A stretch of 37,906 nucleotides of DNA from Bacteroidales bacterium (GTDB lineage: Bacteria > Bacteroidota > Bacteroidia > Bacteroidales > UBA4181). The notes under the pieces are model-generated. The model was not told the origin of the DNA. It was given only the letters and a program-made list of their open reading frames with translations, and searched no databases. Positions 6,474 through 17,438 of this stretch are shown here, piece by piece (within the stretch, counting starts at the first letter, position 1; each line of letters opens with the position of its first letter). Made by a program: the position numbers and the translations under genes. The stretch lies in NCBI GenBank assembly GCA_031264715.1, contig JAISDP010000138.1, positions 1-37,906 of the forward strand. Reading direction: 5' to 3'.

Positions 6474-8234
6474 TTAATATCCTGGATTTTGCGTGTAATT
6501 TCCCTTTGCCCACTTTATTTGCGGCTGCGGTATCGGGAAAAATTCGTCGCGTCCGGCGGTGAAGCGCGCATTATCCATCCACGAGAACCTGTCTTTTTCT
6601 GCTGTAAAATAACTGTTCATGGTTGGCTCCAAAATTCCCCAGCGTTGCAGATCGAAAAAACGGCGTCCTTCGCAAGCCATTTCAAGGCGGTTTTCCCATT
6701 GCATGGCTTTCCATGCAAACTCTTTATCCCAGGTACAGTTTACACCCGGCTGGTATTCTTTGCATTTATAATTCAATATGGGGGTTCCGTCCGCTTTTAC
6801 CAAAAGCGCCGTACTGTTTGCAGCGCGCCGGCGGATTCTATTGATCAATTCCAGGGACTCATTCCACCTGTCCAGCTGAATCAGCGCTTCCGCTTTCCAC
6901 AGCAGCACCTCATCGTAGCGGATCATCCTTTTATTCATGGAATTGAACTGCCATCCGTCATACATCAGGCAACTGCAGCCGGGATGCGGCAATTCCTTCA
7001 CAGATTTGAAATAACCGTATTCGGGGATATTGCGCAGCCCGCGTTCTTCAAAGATCAAATGCGGGTCGTATTTCCAGGGATGCCCCGGCATACCTATCGT
7101 ATGGCTGAAACGCGGGTCGAATGTGTTTTGCCCGAAATACGCATCTACGCCGTCGGCAATGCTTCCAACATTGTATGTATCGAACATCGGCAAACCGTCA
7201 GACCCGGTTTTGAAGGCATTTCCCATCGTGTAGCTCACATGGTGAAACCCGCAGCACTGGAATCCGCCCCAGTTCCACGGATGGTTCAAACCTTCGCTTC
7301 TGTTTATTTTACCCCCGGTGGAACTGCCGTCGTCAATCGAATACTGGATTTCCCAGATGGACTCCCGCGTGTTGTTGTCGGATTCGGCGACAAAGTTATA
7401 ACCGAAATCATCACATAACTCAAGGCCTGTACCATCCTGACCGGTCAATTTATTCAGATACGTCAACGCTTCGCTTAACTTTTCCATATCGACGCTTACC
7501 ACCTGGTGTTTGTCGTCCTGCACGTACGCCATAAACATCAGCGTCCTTGCCACCATGGCTGTTGCAGCATTTTTGCTGACCCGCCCCTTTTCGGTTTGAA
7601 CTTCGGGCAGGAGCCCTTCCGCATCCTTAAAGTCGGCCAGAATCCTTTCCCACAAATACTGATCGTTCGGCTGATCTTTTACCCTGTTGGGAACGGCTTC
7701 AAATTCGGCGGTCGCGCCTGTCACCTGTTCATCAATATAAGGCATATATTTGAAGAACTGTTTGAGCCTGAAGTGAACAAAAGTACGGATAAATTTCATT
7801 TCGCCCAATCGTGCGTTTTTCACCGGGAAGTCTTCTTCAGAGATGGTCTCCAGCCTTTGTATGGCTGTATTGCATCTCTGGATGACCTGGTACGATACGT
7901 ACCACGGGAAATCAAGCGGCCATCCGTTGGGGGTTAGATTAACAAAAGTTTCCATATAGCCCCATCCGTCGCCGCCATCCCAGGTTCCTCCTCCGCCTTT
8001 GTAGGAGTCGTCGGAACGTAATGATCCCGACCACCAGGGGGAGAACGGGGAATCCCAGGACGGTATATCCGTCATCCTGGCATATGCCGCTGTTACAAAG
8101 CCTTCCATATCACCGGGCTTGGTAAGCAGCGCCTCGTCTAAAACCTGCTTGGGATTGACGTCAAGCACATCGGAACAGCTCATTGCCGCCAATACCAGGG
8201 CAAAAGCGTATACGATCAATTTAAGCCTTTTCAT
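6474..8234 (-). CDS. SusD/RagB-family outer-membrane glycan-binding lipoprotein
   Basis: Lipobox LAAMSC, 586 aa. It has the C-terminal SusD-type motif WENRLEMACEGRRFFDLQRWG and lies directly downstream of a SusC gene. Confidence 0.9.
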   Translation of the reverse strand: MKRLKLIVYAFALVLAAMSCSDVLDVNPKQVLDEALLTKPGDMEGFVTAAYARMTDIPSWDSPFSPWWSGSLRSDDSYKGGGGTWDGGDGWGYMETFVNLTPNGWPLDFPWYVSYQVIQRCNTAIQRLETISEEDFPVKNARLGEMKFIRTFVHFRLKQFFKYMPYIDEQVTGATAEFEAVPNRVKDQPNDQYLWERILADFKDAEGLLPEVQTEKGRVSKNAATAMVARTLMFMAYVQDDKHQVVSVDMEKLSEALTYLNKLTGQDGTGLELCDDFGYNFVAESDNNTRESIWEIQYSIDDGSSTGGKINRSEGLNHPWNWGGFQCCGFHHVSYTMGNAFKTGSDGLPMFDTYNVGSIADGVDAYFGQNTFDPRFSHTIGMPGHPWKYDPHLIFEERGLRNIPEYGYFKSVKELPHPGCSCLMYDGWQFNSMNKRMIRYDEVLLWKAEALIQLDRWNESLELINRIRRRAANSTALLVKADGTPILNYKCKEYQPGVNCTWDKEFAWKAMQWENRLEMACEGRRFFDLQRWGILEPTMNSYFTAEKDRFSWMDNARFTAGRDEFFPIPQPQIKWAKGNYTQNPGY

Positions 8235-8254
8235 GAATATATGATTTAAAATAT

Positions 8255-11200
8255 TTAAAATGTAACGTTAAGTCCAAAAGTAAATGTGAAGGGTGATAAA
8301 TAGCCATAGGCGAACATTTCGGGATCGAAACCGGTATATTGATCTTTTCCCCATCCCTTTTTAAGCGTAAAAACATTCCGCGCCGAAGCGTAAAATCGGA
8401 GATGCTGCATGGACAGTTTGCCTGATATTTTTTGGGGAAGCGTATACCCAAGTTCTATATTTCTTAATTTCAGATAAGAACCGTCTTCCACATAATAACT
8501 GGAAAAGACATTCTCGGAATTTTGCGTTGAGTTGGTGATCGCGGGAATATCGGAATCCGGGTTATCAAACGACCATGCGTCTAAAATCCGGGTATCGTGA
8601 TTCTTTCCTGCAGGAACAGATATATTCCAGAAATCGGATTGATACTTCCAGTCGTTTTTCACCTTATTGCCGTAAATACCCTGGAAAAACATATTCAGGT
8701 CGAATCCCGCATATCTGAGGTCAAAGGTGATCCCGCCAAAGAAATCAGGGTCGCTAATCCCGATATACGTCCTGTCATATAATTCGTTAACCACGCCATT
8801 GCCATCCAGGTCCTTATAGCGTACGCGGCCAACGGCCTTTCCCGTTTGCACGGCATGGTTATCCACTTCTTCCTGGGTTTTGAATATGCCATCTGCCACA
8901 AGGCCATAATGAATATTCGGGGTTCTGCCCACAACAAAATCGCGCATGCCGTCGCCCGGATATTTATTGATGACATTTTCGGGCAAACTGACCAGCTTGG
9001 TTTTATAGGTTCCGATGTTGGCCGAAACGGTATACCGGAATTCTGCCGAAGGGTGATTGCTGTAATGGAGTTCAATTTCGAATCCCCGGTTGTTCATATC
9101 CGCACCGTTGATCCATGGTTCGCCCCCTTCGCCCATAGCTGCGATGTAAGGCGTTTGCACCAGGATGTCCTTTGTCTTCTTGAAATAATAGCCCAGCGTT
9201 CCTGTGAGCTGCTGGTCCAGGAAGCCGAAGTCGACAGCCAGGTCGGTTTGCGTGGTGGTTTCCCATTTAAGATCAGGATTTCCCAACCAGGTTCTTCTAT
9301 AGCCCGAATACAGGGGGCCCGTTTCATTACCGTCAATCGGATAGGAAGTATCGAAATAACTGGTCGTAAACGGGGTGGAGGTATATCCCCGGGGCAAGCC
9401 CTGCACGCTTCCGTTCGATCCCCAGCTGGCGCGCAGTTTAAGATCGGACAAAAAACTGACGTTCTGCATAAACGATTCGTTGCTGATCCTCCATCCGCCC
9501 GAAACAGCAGGAAACAACCCGTAGCGGTTATTTTCACCGAAGAGCGACGAACCGTCGCGACGCAAGGTGAAGGAGAACATGTACTTTGAATGATACACAT
9601 AATTGGCTTTACCGAACAGGGAAAAATAGGTATACTCGTCAGCCGAACTGCCCAGCGAGTATTTCGAACCCGTTGTTACGCCTATGTGGGCAAAATCACG
9701 CTCTTCGAGGTAAATCCCCTCCCTTCTTGCAGAGAATCCTTCCTGTACGTATCTTGTATATTCCGTTCCGAATACGGCATCGAGGCTGTGTTTGCCCGTA
9801 TTGAGCGTGTACGACAGGGTATTGGTCCATACATAGCTTAACGGATGGGATTGATAACTCGCCACATAATTTTCCCCATCGCTGTTCCTGGCGCCGGTTT
9901 CGGACCATATTTTTTCAACCGCCCTGTTATATGCGTTCCCGTAATCAACGCCGAATTGTGTACGCGCCGATATCCCTTTCCAAATATCAAGGTCGAGAAA
10001 AATATTACCAATGACTTTGACGTAATTGTTGATATTGTCTTTATTGTCCGTCAAGACACGCACCGGGTTGGTAAAATCGTCGAAACCGGCAGCGCCGGCC
10101 CAGTTCCCATTGATGTCGCGCACAGGGGCGGCAGGAGGATTAATCATTGCATACCATGTTGGGTTTGGATCCCTCTGATCCCTGTATTGCAAGTAAGATA
10201 CAGCCAGGTTTTCACCCACCTTCAAATGGTTGTTGATCAGGCTGTATTCGGTATTGCTGCGTACCGAATACTGCCTGAAAAATGTATGTATCTGTGTTCC
10301 CTGGTTATTATAATACCCCAACGAGAACAAGCTTTTTGATTTATCTGTTCCGCTCGAAACCGTCAGTTGATGCTCTGTCATGATCGCTGTCCGGAAAATT
10401 TCATCCATCCAGTCGGTATCCGCTCCGGGTACGGTTTGCTCCGGGTTGAGCCATTCCTTAACCTGTGCATTGTCCAGTACGGCTATCCCGCTGTCATCCC
10501 TGTGCCATGTGAAATCGTAAGCGGCAGGAAGCGACATGGGGATGCCGTATACCTGTTCATCATACGATTGCGCTCTGAACGCCGCCACTCCATATTGCGC
10601 GGCGTTCATCAGTTCCGGCCTGTTCCGCACAGAACTGACCGAAATGCTGCCATTGTAGTCAACAGACGTTTTTCCGGCTTTTCCCTTTTTGGTCTGTATC
10701 AGCAATACGCCCCCGGAGGCCCGCGCTCCGTATATACTGGCCGAGGCAGCATCTTTCAGCACCTGTATGGATTCAATATCGGCCGAGTTGATGTCGCGGA
10801 GGTTCAAGTTTTGGGTAGGCATCCCGTCCAGCACAATCAGGGGCTGTATGTCGCCGGCCAGAGAGGTCTTTCCACGTACCTGTACGCCCACGTCTTCGGA
10901 CGGGTTGCCTCCATTGGTGGTGATATGAACCCCCGAAAGTTTTCCCTGAAGGGATTTCATTGCATTTGCCGAAGGATTTTTCCCGATGTCGCTTGCGCCT
11001 GCTATCGCTATGGATCCTGTTACATCAGCTTTCCTCTGGGTCATATAACCCGTATAGATCACTACTTCCGAAAGTGCGGTTGCATCGTCCTCCAGGGTCA
11101 CATCGATTATGGTTAAGCCTCTGACGGCGCGCTCTTCAGTTTTTTTGCCGACAAAAGAAAATACCAGTATGGCGTCTTCCGAACCGGTATTGATTTCATA

Positions 11201-11398
11201 TTTCCCATCTATGTTGGTTACCGTACCGGTTGCAGTCCCTTTGATATATACGCTAACCCCAACCAATGGCTCATCGGCGCCTTCCTCCAGAACTGTTCCC
11301 CGTATTACTTTCGTTTGCTGCGCGCTGGAATAGAGCGCAAAACTCAAAAGCAAACAGGTTAATAAGGTCTTGTTTATTTGATGAATTAAATTTTTCAT
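8255..11398 (-). CDS. SusC/RagA-type TonB-dependent transporter
   Basis: 1047 aa. It has a carboxypeptidase-regulatory-like N-terminus (GTVTNIDGKYEI), a plug signature (IQVLKDAASASIYGARASGGVLLIQTKKG) and a terminal aromatic residue (NVTF). Confidence 0.95.
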   Translation of the reverse strand: MKNLIHQINKTLLTCLLLSFALYSSAQQTKVIRGTVLEEGADEPLVGVSVYIKGTATGTVTNIDGKYEINTGSEDAILVFSFVGKKTEERAVRGLTIIDVTLEDDATALSEVVIYTGYMTQRKADVTGSIAIAGASDIGKNPSANAMKSLQGKLSGVHITTNGGNPSEDVGVQVRGKTSLAGDIQPLIVLDGMPTQNLNLRDINSADIESIQVLKDAASASIYGARASGGVLLIQTKKGKAGKTSVDYNGSISVSSVRNRPELMNAAQYGVAAFRAQSYDEQVYGIPMSLPAAYDFTWHRDDSGIAVLDNAQVKEWLNPEQTVPGADTDWMDEIFRTAIMTEHQLTVSSGTDKSKSLFSLGYYNNQGTQIHTFFRQYSVRSNTEYSLINNHLKVGENLAVSYLQYRDQRDPNPTWYAMINPPAAPVRDINGNWAGAAGFDDFTNPVRVLTDNKDNINNYVKVIGNIFLDLDIWKGISARTQFGVDYGNAYNRAVEKIWSETGARNSDGENYVASYQSHPLSYVWTNTLSYTLNTGKHSLDAVFGTEYTRYVQEGFSARREGIYLEERDFAHIGVTTGSKYSLGSSADEYTYFSLFGKANYVYHSKYMFSFTLRRDGSSLFGENNRYGLFPAVSGGWRISNESFMQNVSFLSDLKLRASWGSNGSVQGLPRGYTSTPFTTSYFDTSYPIDGNETGPLYSGYRRTWLGNPDLKWETTTQTDLAVDFGFLDQQLTGTLGYYFKKTKDILVQTPYIAAMGEGGEPWINGADMNNRGFEIELHYSNHPSAEFRYTVSANIGTYKTKLVSLPENVINKYPGDGMRDFVVGRTPNIHYGLVADGIFKTQEEVDNHAVQTGKAVGRVRYKDLDGNGVVNELYDRTYIGISDPDFFGGITFDLRYAGFDLNMFFQGIYGNKVKNDWKYQSDFWNISVPAGKNHDTRILDAWSFDNPDSDIPAITNSTQNSENVFSSYYVEDGSYLKLRNIELGYTLPQKISGKLSMQHLRFYASARNVFTLKKGWGKDQYTGFDPEMFAYGYLSPFTFTFGLNVTF

Positions 11399-11415
11399 AA
11401 CATTATTTTTGATGA

Positions 11416-12615
11416 TTATTCATTTCCCCAAAGCTTAGGATCGTTTCCTTTACTTTTCCTCCATTCATTACGCCATTTATGGATTTCGCTTACGCCGATA
11501 AAGGGTTTCAGCTTCCGGTCTTCCTTTGAAGGAGCGGGCGGTAATTTACAGGCTTCCGACTGATACCAGTATGCTACGGTGGCCATGTCGAGCGTCAGGT
11601 TATTCGCATGACCGTGTTCTATCGTTGCTTTCAGGCTTTTTTCAAAGAAAACGGGATCGTTGATGAAGAACCGGTAAACATGCGTCCGTCCCAACCAGCC
11701 GATGTCGTCGTTTACACGGGGATAGCCGAAATGAGGATGCGAAAATTTCTCTTTCGGACACCAGGACGTATTAAAGAAATCTTCGGTACCCGTGCCGATC
11801 AGCGAAGGCATTTTTTCCCCGTCGATAAACCACATGTCGTCGCCTTCCCCGTACCACATGGGAGTAGGACAATGGACGTAATAGTTGATCCCCACAAAAT
11901 GACCCTTGCCTTTTATATCGGCAAAAACATAGTTATTGGCGCCATCCCTGTTTTCGCGCTGCGGGCCGATAACCGCCCATTCTGTTTCCCCTTCGGGGAG
12001 GGCTTCGGTCAGTTCATGGTTGTACCATGCATGAAAGCGTCCCATATCATCGGGCAGCTTCTTCATTTCATAATAGTCCACATAGAAATAGAACGCGTCG
12101 ATTTGATGGTCGGCCTGGTTCTCAATCTCTATTTTCGCGCCTTTTGCAAAAGGCATGGCGAAGTAGGATGAAAGCCCGGTGCCGTTGCCGGGCCCTGCCG
12201 ACAGGGGCAGCGACGCATAATTATACTGTTCGTTCCATCCCTGCCCGAAGAACGGGCCAACAGGCGACTCTACCGAAGGGTAATCGCTGCCGTCCCAATA
12301 CATCCGGATAATGATGTCGTTACGGTTCAAGCGACGGGGATCGGGAGCAATGGTTATCCAGATGTGGCTGATCATGCCGGTACCGGATATTTCGGCTATT
12401 GTACGGGTTTCGCCCGGTTTAATATTGCTGAGGTGATCCCTGTTCCCTCCTGTCTGGTCGTAACTGCTGATGCGTTTGTTGCGCATACCGTTTTTCAGCT
12501 TGGCAAGATCATACATCTCGCTCGAAAAATTATCCTGAGCTCTTACATTTGCCGGAAACCATGACATGGCCCCGAATAGCAGGATACACAAAGTAAATTG
12601 CCTGATTGTCATCAT
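11416..12615 (-). CDS. DUF2961 / GH172 glycoside hydrolase (candidate exo-alpha-D-arabinofuranosidase)
   Basis: Signal peptide present. The hallmark motifs ISSYDQTGGNRDH, GMISHIWIT, IRMYWDG and GTGTEDFFN match the DUF2961 pattern. Confidence 0.8.
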   Translation of the reverse strand: MMTIRQFTLCILLFGAMSWFPANVRAQDNFSSEMYDLAKLKNGMRNKRISSYDQTGGNRDHLSNIKPGETRTIAEISGTGMISHIWITIAPDPRRLNRNDIIIRMYWDGSDYPSVESPVGPFFGQGWNEQYNYASLPLSAGPGNGTGLSSYFAMPFAKGAKIEIENQADHQIDAFYFYVDYYEMKKLPDDMGRFHAWYNHELTEALPEGETEWAVIGPQRENRDGANNYVFADIKGKGHFVGINYYVHCPTPMWYGEGDDMWFIDGEKMPSLIGTGTEDFFNTSWCPKEKFSHPHFGYPRVNDDIGWLGRTHVYRFFINDPVFFEKSLKATIEHGHANNLTLDMATVAYWYQSEACKLPPAPSKEDRKLKPFIGVSEIHKWRNEWRKSKGNDPKLWGNE

Positions 12616-12657
12616 AAAAAATATAAATTTGTTAATTATTACTTGTTAATTATTGAC

Positions 12658-14436
12658 TTAATGATACAATGCCCCATAAGTTGCACAAGCCCTGTAATCG
12701 GAGCTTTCATCGCATGAGCCGTATGCAGCCCAGGCAGACGGACGGAATATCTTATTTTCATCCACATTGTGCATGCAAACAGGTATCCGCAAAGTTGAGG
12801 CAAGCGTAATCAAATCCGCGCCGATATGCCCGTAACTGATGGCTCCATGATTGGCTCCCCAATAATTCATCACGGAATAAACATCTTTAAACCGTCCCTC
12901 GCCCGTTACCCTCGGTACAAAGAATGTTGAAGGCCAACCCGGATCGGTACGCCGGTCGATGATGCTAAAAACGTGTTCGGGAAAGCGAACCGTCCAGCCT
13001 TCTGCTATTTGCAGAACAGGGCCTAAGCCTCTCAGCAGGTTCAAGCGACACATGGTAACCGGCATCCCTTCGCGGGTAAGGAATTTGGACGAGAAACCGC
13101 CTCCGCGCATGTATTCCAGCCCGGCAGGCGACCATGTTGTTGCTTCCAGCATCTTTTCAACCTCATCTTCGGTGATTTCCCAGAATGGCTTCATCACAGG
13201 GTTGCCATCTTCGCCGGACTGCTGCCCCGTGCCATCCAATGTGCACGAGCCCGAATTGATTAAATGGATGGCCCCGCCTTGCAACATGCCGTCGGGTTTC
13301 CATCCCGAAACCCTTTCGATTGCTTCGGGGCTCCAGAACGTACGCACATCGGCAAATATTTGAGATGTATTGGTCAGCAGTTTGTTGAACAACATGCTGA
13401 TACCGTTCAAGTGATCATCTTCGGTGGCAAAAACAAACGGTTCGCGGATTCCGTTCCAGTCGAACGAGGTGTTGAGCATGGCTTCGGAGAAATCGCCGTC
13501 GGGCATGAAATCGGTCCACTGGCGCTGTCCCTGGAAACCTCCCGCAATCGCATTGTGTCCGTTGGCTTCTTCTTTAAATCCCATCTCATCGAGTTTTTCA
13601 TTGCCAATCATCAAATCGCGCATAATGATGGTCATCTTCACCACAAATTCCCAATCCAGGTCCTTCTGCTGACGGCTGCGCCTGATCGATTCCCTGTTCA
13701 GATCCTCGCCCTCGTTTTTCATGCAATGCCTGCGAGTCCATTCCATTGCTTTTGCAAATTCGTCCCTGTCATAAATTTCCTGTTGGACACGGCGCAATAT
13801 TTCGGAACAATCGACATATTCGGTGCGGATACCGAGATATTCACGGAGAAAATCAGGATTTACGATCGAACCGGCAATGCCCATGGATACGGAACCAATG
13901 GCCAGGTAGGATTTTCCGCGCATGATCGCCACTGCCAAACCTGCCCTGGCAAAACGAAGCAGTTTCTCCCGGACATCGGCAGGGATCGTATGGTCGTCCA
14001 AATCCTGGACATCCCGCCCGTAAATGCCAAAGGCGGGCAAGCCGAACTGGTTGTGTGCAGCCAGGGCAGCCGCAAGGTAAACAGCGCCGGGACGTTCCGT
14101 GCCGTTGAACCCCCAAATGGCTTTCGGGATCAGCGGGTTCATGTCGATGGTTTCGGAACCGTAGCACCAGCACGGCGTGACGGATAACGATAATCCGACG
14201 TTTTCCCGTTCAAATTTTTCAGCGCATTTGGCGGCTTCTTTCACGCCGCCTATGCAAGTGTCGGCAATCACGCATTGCACAGGGCTGCCATCGGGATAGC
14301 GGAGGTTTTCGAAATAAAACCGGGCTACATTTTTCGCCATTCCCATTGTCTTGTCCTCCAGCGATTCGCGGATTCCCTTGCGGCGGCCGTCAATGATGGG
14401 ACGGATACCAATTTTCGGATAACTTATTTGCTCCAT
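12658..14436 (-). CDS. fucI: L-fucose / D-arabinose isomerase
   Basis: Colinear by eye with E. coli FucI along the whole length ([72 protein letters not shown]). The start is set at [10 protein letters not shown] (14436). Confidence 0.95.
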   Translation of the reverse strand: MEQISYPKIGIRPIIDGRRKGIRESLEDKTMGMAKNVARFYFENLRYPDGSPVQCVIADTCIGGVKEAAKCAEKFERENVGLSLSVTPCWCYGSETIDMNPLIPKAIWGFNGTERPGAVYLAAALAAHNQFGLPAFGIYGRDVQDLDDHTIPADVREKLLRFARAGLAVAIMRGKSYLAIGSVSMGIAGSIVNPDFLREYLGIRTEYVDCSEILRRVQQEIYDRDEFAKAMEWTRRHCMKNEGEDLNRESIRRSRQQKDLDWEFVVKMTIIMRDLMIGNEKLDEMGFKEEANGHNAIAGGFQGQRQWTDFMPDGDFSEAMLNTSFDWNGIREPFVFATEDDHLNGISMLFNKLLTNTSQIFADVRTFWSPEAIERVSGWKPDGMLQGGAIHLINSGSCTLDGTGQQSGEDGNPVMKPFWEITEDEVEKMLEATTWSPAGLEYMRGGGFSSKFLTREGMPVTMCRLNLLRGLGPVLQIAEGWTVRFPEHVFSIIDRRTDPGWPSTFFVPRVTGEGRFKDVYSVMNYWGANHGAISYGHIGADLITLASTLRIPVCMHNVDENKIFRPSAWAAYGSCDESSDYRACATYGALYH

Positions 14437-14485
14437 ATTACTGTTTTTAAATGATAACATACTGAACTTGATGATCTCAATTGGT

Positions 14486-14520
14486 AAAATCCACTCCGAA
14501 AAGCAACTTCCCGGAGTGGA
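14486..14520 (-). terminator. Terminator/attenuator-like hairpin between the Big_2 lipoprotein gene and fucI
   Basis: TCCACTCCG (14490-14498) pairs with CGGAGTGGA (14512-14520), a 9-bp stem. On the minus strand it is followed by UUUU (plus-strand aaaa, 14486-14489). Confidence 0.4.
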
Positions 14521-14538
14521 CGCTATTCATTATTAATT

Positions 14539-14552
14539 ATTAATCGATTAAT
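14539..14552. promoter_or_regulatory. Candidate LacI-family operator (perfect palindrome ATTAATCGATTAAT)
   Basis: Perfect 14-bp palindrome with the LacI-family core AAnCGnTT. It lies 102 bp upstream of the fucI ATG and is related to the 14-mers at 28169 and 29262. Confidence 0.45.
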
Positions 14553-15501
14553 CAATAACACCGGGGATTTGCATGTCATATCCCTCAGGCGTTATCACGA
14601 TTACATTTACGCCGTAGAATCCCGACCAAAAGTTATTTCCGGGGCCCATTCCCATCATAATGGTAATTTGAGCGTCGCCATCGGGAAAAATATTTTTCAC
14701 CCTGTAAATACGGTCTGTATTACGACTGTTATCAACCACGACTGTTCCTTCGTTGCCGCCCTTTATCCGGAACTCTGTTTCTACAATGCTGTGGACATCG
14801 TTGTCAAGCGATCCGTAAATATAGAAATCATAGCTTTGGGCTTTTTTCAGGTTTGAAATAACAAAACCCGACTCGGAGACAGGAGGATCACCTAAACGAC
14901 CGTCATTAAAAAAGCAATCGTTGGCGGCTTGCCACGGGATTCCAAAAACGTTTGGATTACTGACGGCAAGAGATAGAAAACCCGTCAAATTCGATATTGA
15001 ATATTCGGTATTTGTACCTTCGTCATCCAATAAATCCGACACTGTGGCGCCTCTTTCGATTTTTTGAATAACATTGAACGGAGGATCCGATACGTCGGCA
15101 ACGCCGAAATCAAGATAAACGGGCCGTGTCAACTCATATACATTACGGACATGCAATATTGAAAAGTATTTGAGTTTTCCATCTTCGGATTCAATTGCGA
15201 TGGTTGTTGAACCCGCTTCGATTCCGGTAATGGTTGCCGTGCTGTCATTGACTCGCGCGATAGAAGCAACGGCAGTATTCAATATGCGCCAGTTAAACTT
15301 TTGGCTTGCTGTTTCCTGGCTGTCAAAACTTGCCTTTACCGTGTAATCCTCCCCTTTCTGGATGGAAACGGTTGCTTTACTGATACGCACAAACTTCCTG
15401 TTGGCGTATTCTGTTCTTGGGTCGCTTCCTTCATCGCAGGCATTCAAACCAAGCGCTAACAGCATGATATAAAATACCGATTGGATATTGAAATTTTTCA
15501 T
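14548..15501 (-). CDS. Surface lipoprotein with a Big_2 (bacterial Ig-like) domain; probable surface glycan-binding protein
   Basis: Lipobox LGLNAC. The segment VSIQKGEDYTVKASF...ATITGIEAGSTTIAIES is Big_2-like. It sits directly downstream of a SusD gene. Confidence 0.65.
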   Translation of the reverse strand: MKNFNIQSVFYIMLLALGLNACDEGSDPRTEYANRKFVRISKATVSIQKGEDYTVKASFDSQETASQKFNWRILNTAVASIARVNDSTATITGIEAGSTTIAIESEDGKLKYFSILHVRNVYELTRPVYLDFGVADVSDPPFNVIQKIERGATVSDLLDDEGTNTEYSISNLTGFLSLAVSNPNVFGIPWQAANDCFFNDGRLGDPPVSESGFVISNLKKAQSYDFYIYGSLDNDVHSIVETEFRIKGGNEGTVVVDNSRNTDRIYRVKNIFPDGDAQITIMMGMGPGNNFWSGFYGVNVIVITPEGYDMQIPGVID

Positions 15502-15529
15502 ATGATATTTTTATTTTAAAAATTTTAAA

Positions 15530-17428
15530 TTAATAACCGGGCGCCTGCCGCAAATTGGGATTGATATCCATCTGCACCTGAGGAACAGGCCACACATACA
15601 TTTTTTTGTTAAAAAACCTGTTTTTGTAGAAGGTACGCTTGTAAAAAGCGCTCGGATCGTTTTCGTTATCGCTTTTTGTACCATAGAAACGCATTCCGAA
15701 CAATCGTGTGTTCAGGTATTCCTCTCCGAGCTTCCAGCGTCGCAAATCATTGAAACGTATTCCTTCACAGTTAAATTCTACCCGTCTTTCCTGCTGAATG
15801 GCCGCTCTCATCTCATCCTGCGACAAACCGGATACTAAATCGGGAATACCGGCTCTTTCCCTGACCAGGTTTACATATTGATATACATCGGCATTCGGGG
15901 TATCATAGTATTCGTTAAGGGCTTCAGCGTAACTCAAATAAGCTTCCGCCAAGCGATAAAGAATACCCGGCTGGTATGTACGCCTGTTCTCCCTCGGAAA
16001 GGTTTCCAGTTTGATGCGTTTCCGAACATTGTAACCGTTTTGCGGAGCATCAAAAGACTGTTGGGTATCCGCTCCGCCCTGATAGAAATCAACTCTCCGG
16101 TTAGCCACGCCGAGCCATGCTTCATTGAATATTACGGAAACATAGAAACGGGGTTCGCGGTTGCAATACATATTGTAGGTATTGGGCAGGGTAACCTCTC
16201 CTACGATAGCCCCTCCCCCGTTCCATTTCGTATTTCTTTGTTCAACATCAGCGGAGAATCCTTTTTCTACATATCCCGATTCAGGATTAATGATTGGAGA
16301 GCCGTCAGCATTATAGCCTGTGATGGGCGCAATACCGTTCTTCATGTAAAAAGCGTCAACCAGTTCCTGCGTAACGCCCATCCCCGAGTTCCCGCCAATG
16401 CCTCTGGGCAGGTGATGGTTTTGAAAATTTCCCCAATCTTCGTTTGCGACATTCCTGCCGAAAAGAATCTCTTTATTGCCTTCATGAAAGAGTTTCAACG
16501 ACATGTTGTAATACGACATGAACGGGTCAATGGAATTGTCGTTATTATATTCCTTATACAGTGCGTACTCGCCGGCATGAGCCGCGTCTATCAGTTCCTT
16601 ATGGGCGTCGGCGGCTCTTTTCCACTTTTCGCGGTCGAAACCGGCTTTGAAAAGGTTCACTTCGTCGGCATTTTTCCAGTCTTTAAGGTCCTGATTCCCG
16701 TTAAACAGGGGGCTTGCGGCAAACAACAGGGTTCTCGCCCTGACAGCCAACGCCATTACGCTTGTGGCCCTGCTCCAGTTGGAATTATCGGCATACACGG
16801 CCGGGAGATAGTTGGATATTTCCTTCAATTCCGTATCCACCCAGTCCACAATTTCATCGTAAGGCGTCTGAGTGGTCAATAATTCGGACGCAGAAGCATT
16901 AACATCATAAAGAACGCCCGGACTAAACGGGAACGGACCGTATATTTCCAGCATCAGCGAATAATAGTAAGCGATCAGAAATCTCACTTCATATTTCATC
17001 TGCGCTACATATTCTTCAGTCAGGCCTATCGATGGAATAACACGTACTTCTTTCAGAAAGATCAGCCCGGTACGGATTCTTCTCGGGAGTTGGAGCCAGT
17101 AATACGGATTCCATCCCGAAGCGGGATTCCAATTTGCGGTGGTATAGTTATACACATTTTCCCATCCAAACTGCATCCATTCCTGCGGGATGGTCATATC
17201 ATCGCCCATGATGTTATACCCCTGGTCCTTAAAATAGCCCCACATCGGGCTCGGTATCGAAGAATAAACGCTTGCCAGCCAGTCTTCCGTCCGAATCTTA
17301 TCGGTGAAAATCATTTCCATAGTCAACTGGTCGTCCGGCATTTTGTCCAAATAATCGGCACAGCCTGTAATATTCGGCAATATAAGTGCAGCTAATATTA
17401 CTTTTATCAATATTTTTTTCATTTTCAT
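15530..17428 (-). CDS. SusD/RagB-family outer-membrane glycan-binding lipoprotein
   Basis: MKMKKILIKVILAALILPNITGC lipobox. The SusD-type motif QQERRVEFNCEGIRFNDLRRWK is present. The start was trimmed to 17428 so the gene follows the susC stop at 17439. Confidence 0.9.
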   Translation of the reverse strand: MKMKKILIKVILAALILPNITGCADYLDKMPDDQLTMEMIFTDKIRTEDWLASVYSSIPSPMWGYFKDQGYNIMGDDMTIPQEWMQFGWENVYNYTTANWNPASGWNPYYWLQLPRRIRTGLIFLKEVRVIPSIGLTEEYVAQMKYEVRFLIAYYYSLMLEIYGPFPFSPGVLYDVNASASELLTTQTPYDEIVDWVDTELKEISNYLPAVYADNSNWSRATSVMALAVRARTLLFAASPLFNGNQDLKDWKNADEVNLFKAGFDREKWKRAADAHKELIDAAHAGEYALYKEYNNDNSIDPFMSYYNMSLKLFHEGNKEILFGRNVANEDWGNFQNHHLPRGIGGNSGMGVTQELVDAFYMKNGIAPITGYNADGSPIINPESGYVEKGFSADVEQRNTKWNGGGAIVGEVTLPNTYNMYCNREPRFYVSVIFNEAWLGVANRRVDFYQGGADTQQSFDAPQNGYNVRKRIKLETFPRENRRTYQPGILYRLAEAYLSYAEALNEYYDTPNADVYQYVNLVRERAGIPDLVSGLSQDEMRAAIQQERRVEFNCEGIRFNDLRRWKLGEEYLNTRLFGMRFYGTKSDNENDPSAFYKRTFYKNRFFNKKMYVWPVPQVQMDINPNLRQAPGY

Positions 17429-17438
17429 TTCTATTTTT

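Noticed and set aside
6489-16882. Long antisense ORFs inside the PUL genes, for example 6489..7418(+), 8846..9589(+), 10367..11116(+), 13264..14187(+) and 15878..16882(+)
   Set aside because: Each lies fully inside and opposite to an ORF with strong family signatures (SusD, SusC, FucI). Their products are Arg/Pro/Gly-skewed, as is typical of antisense frames.
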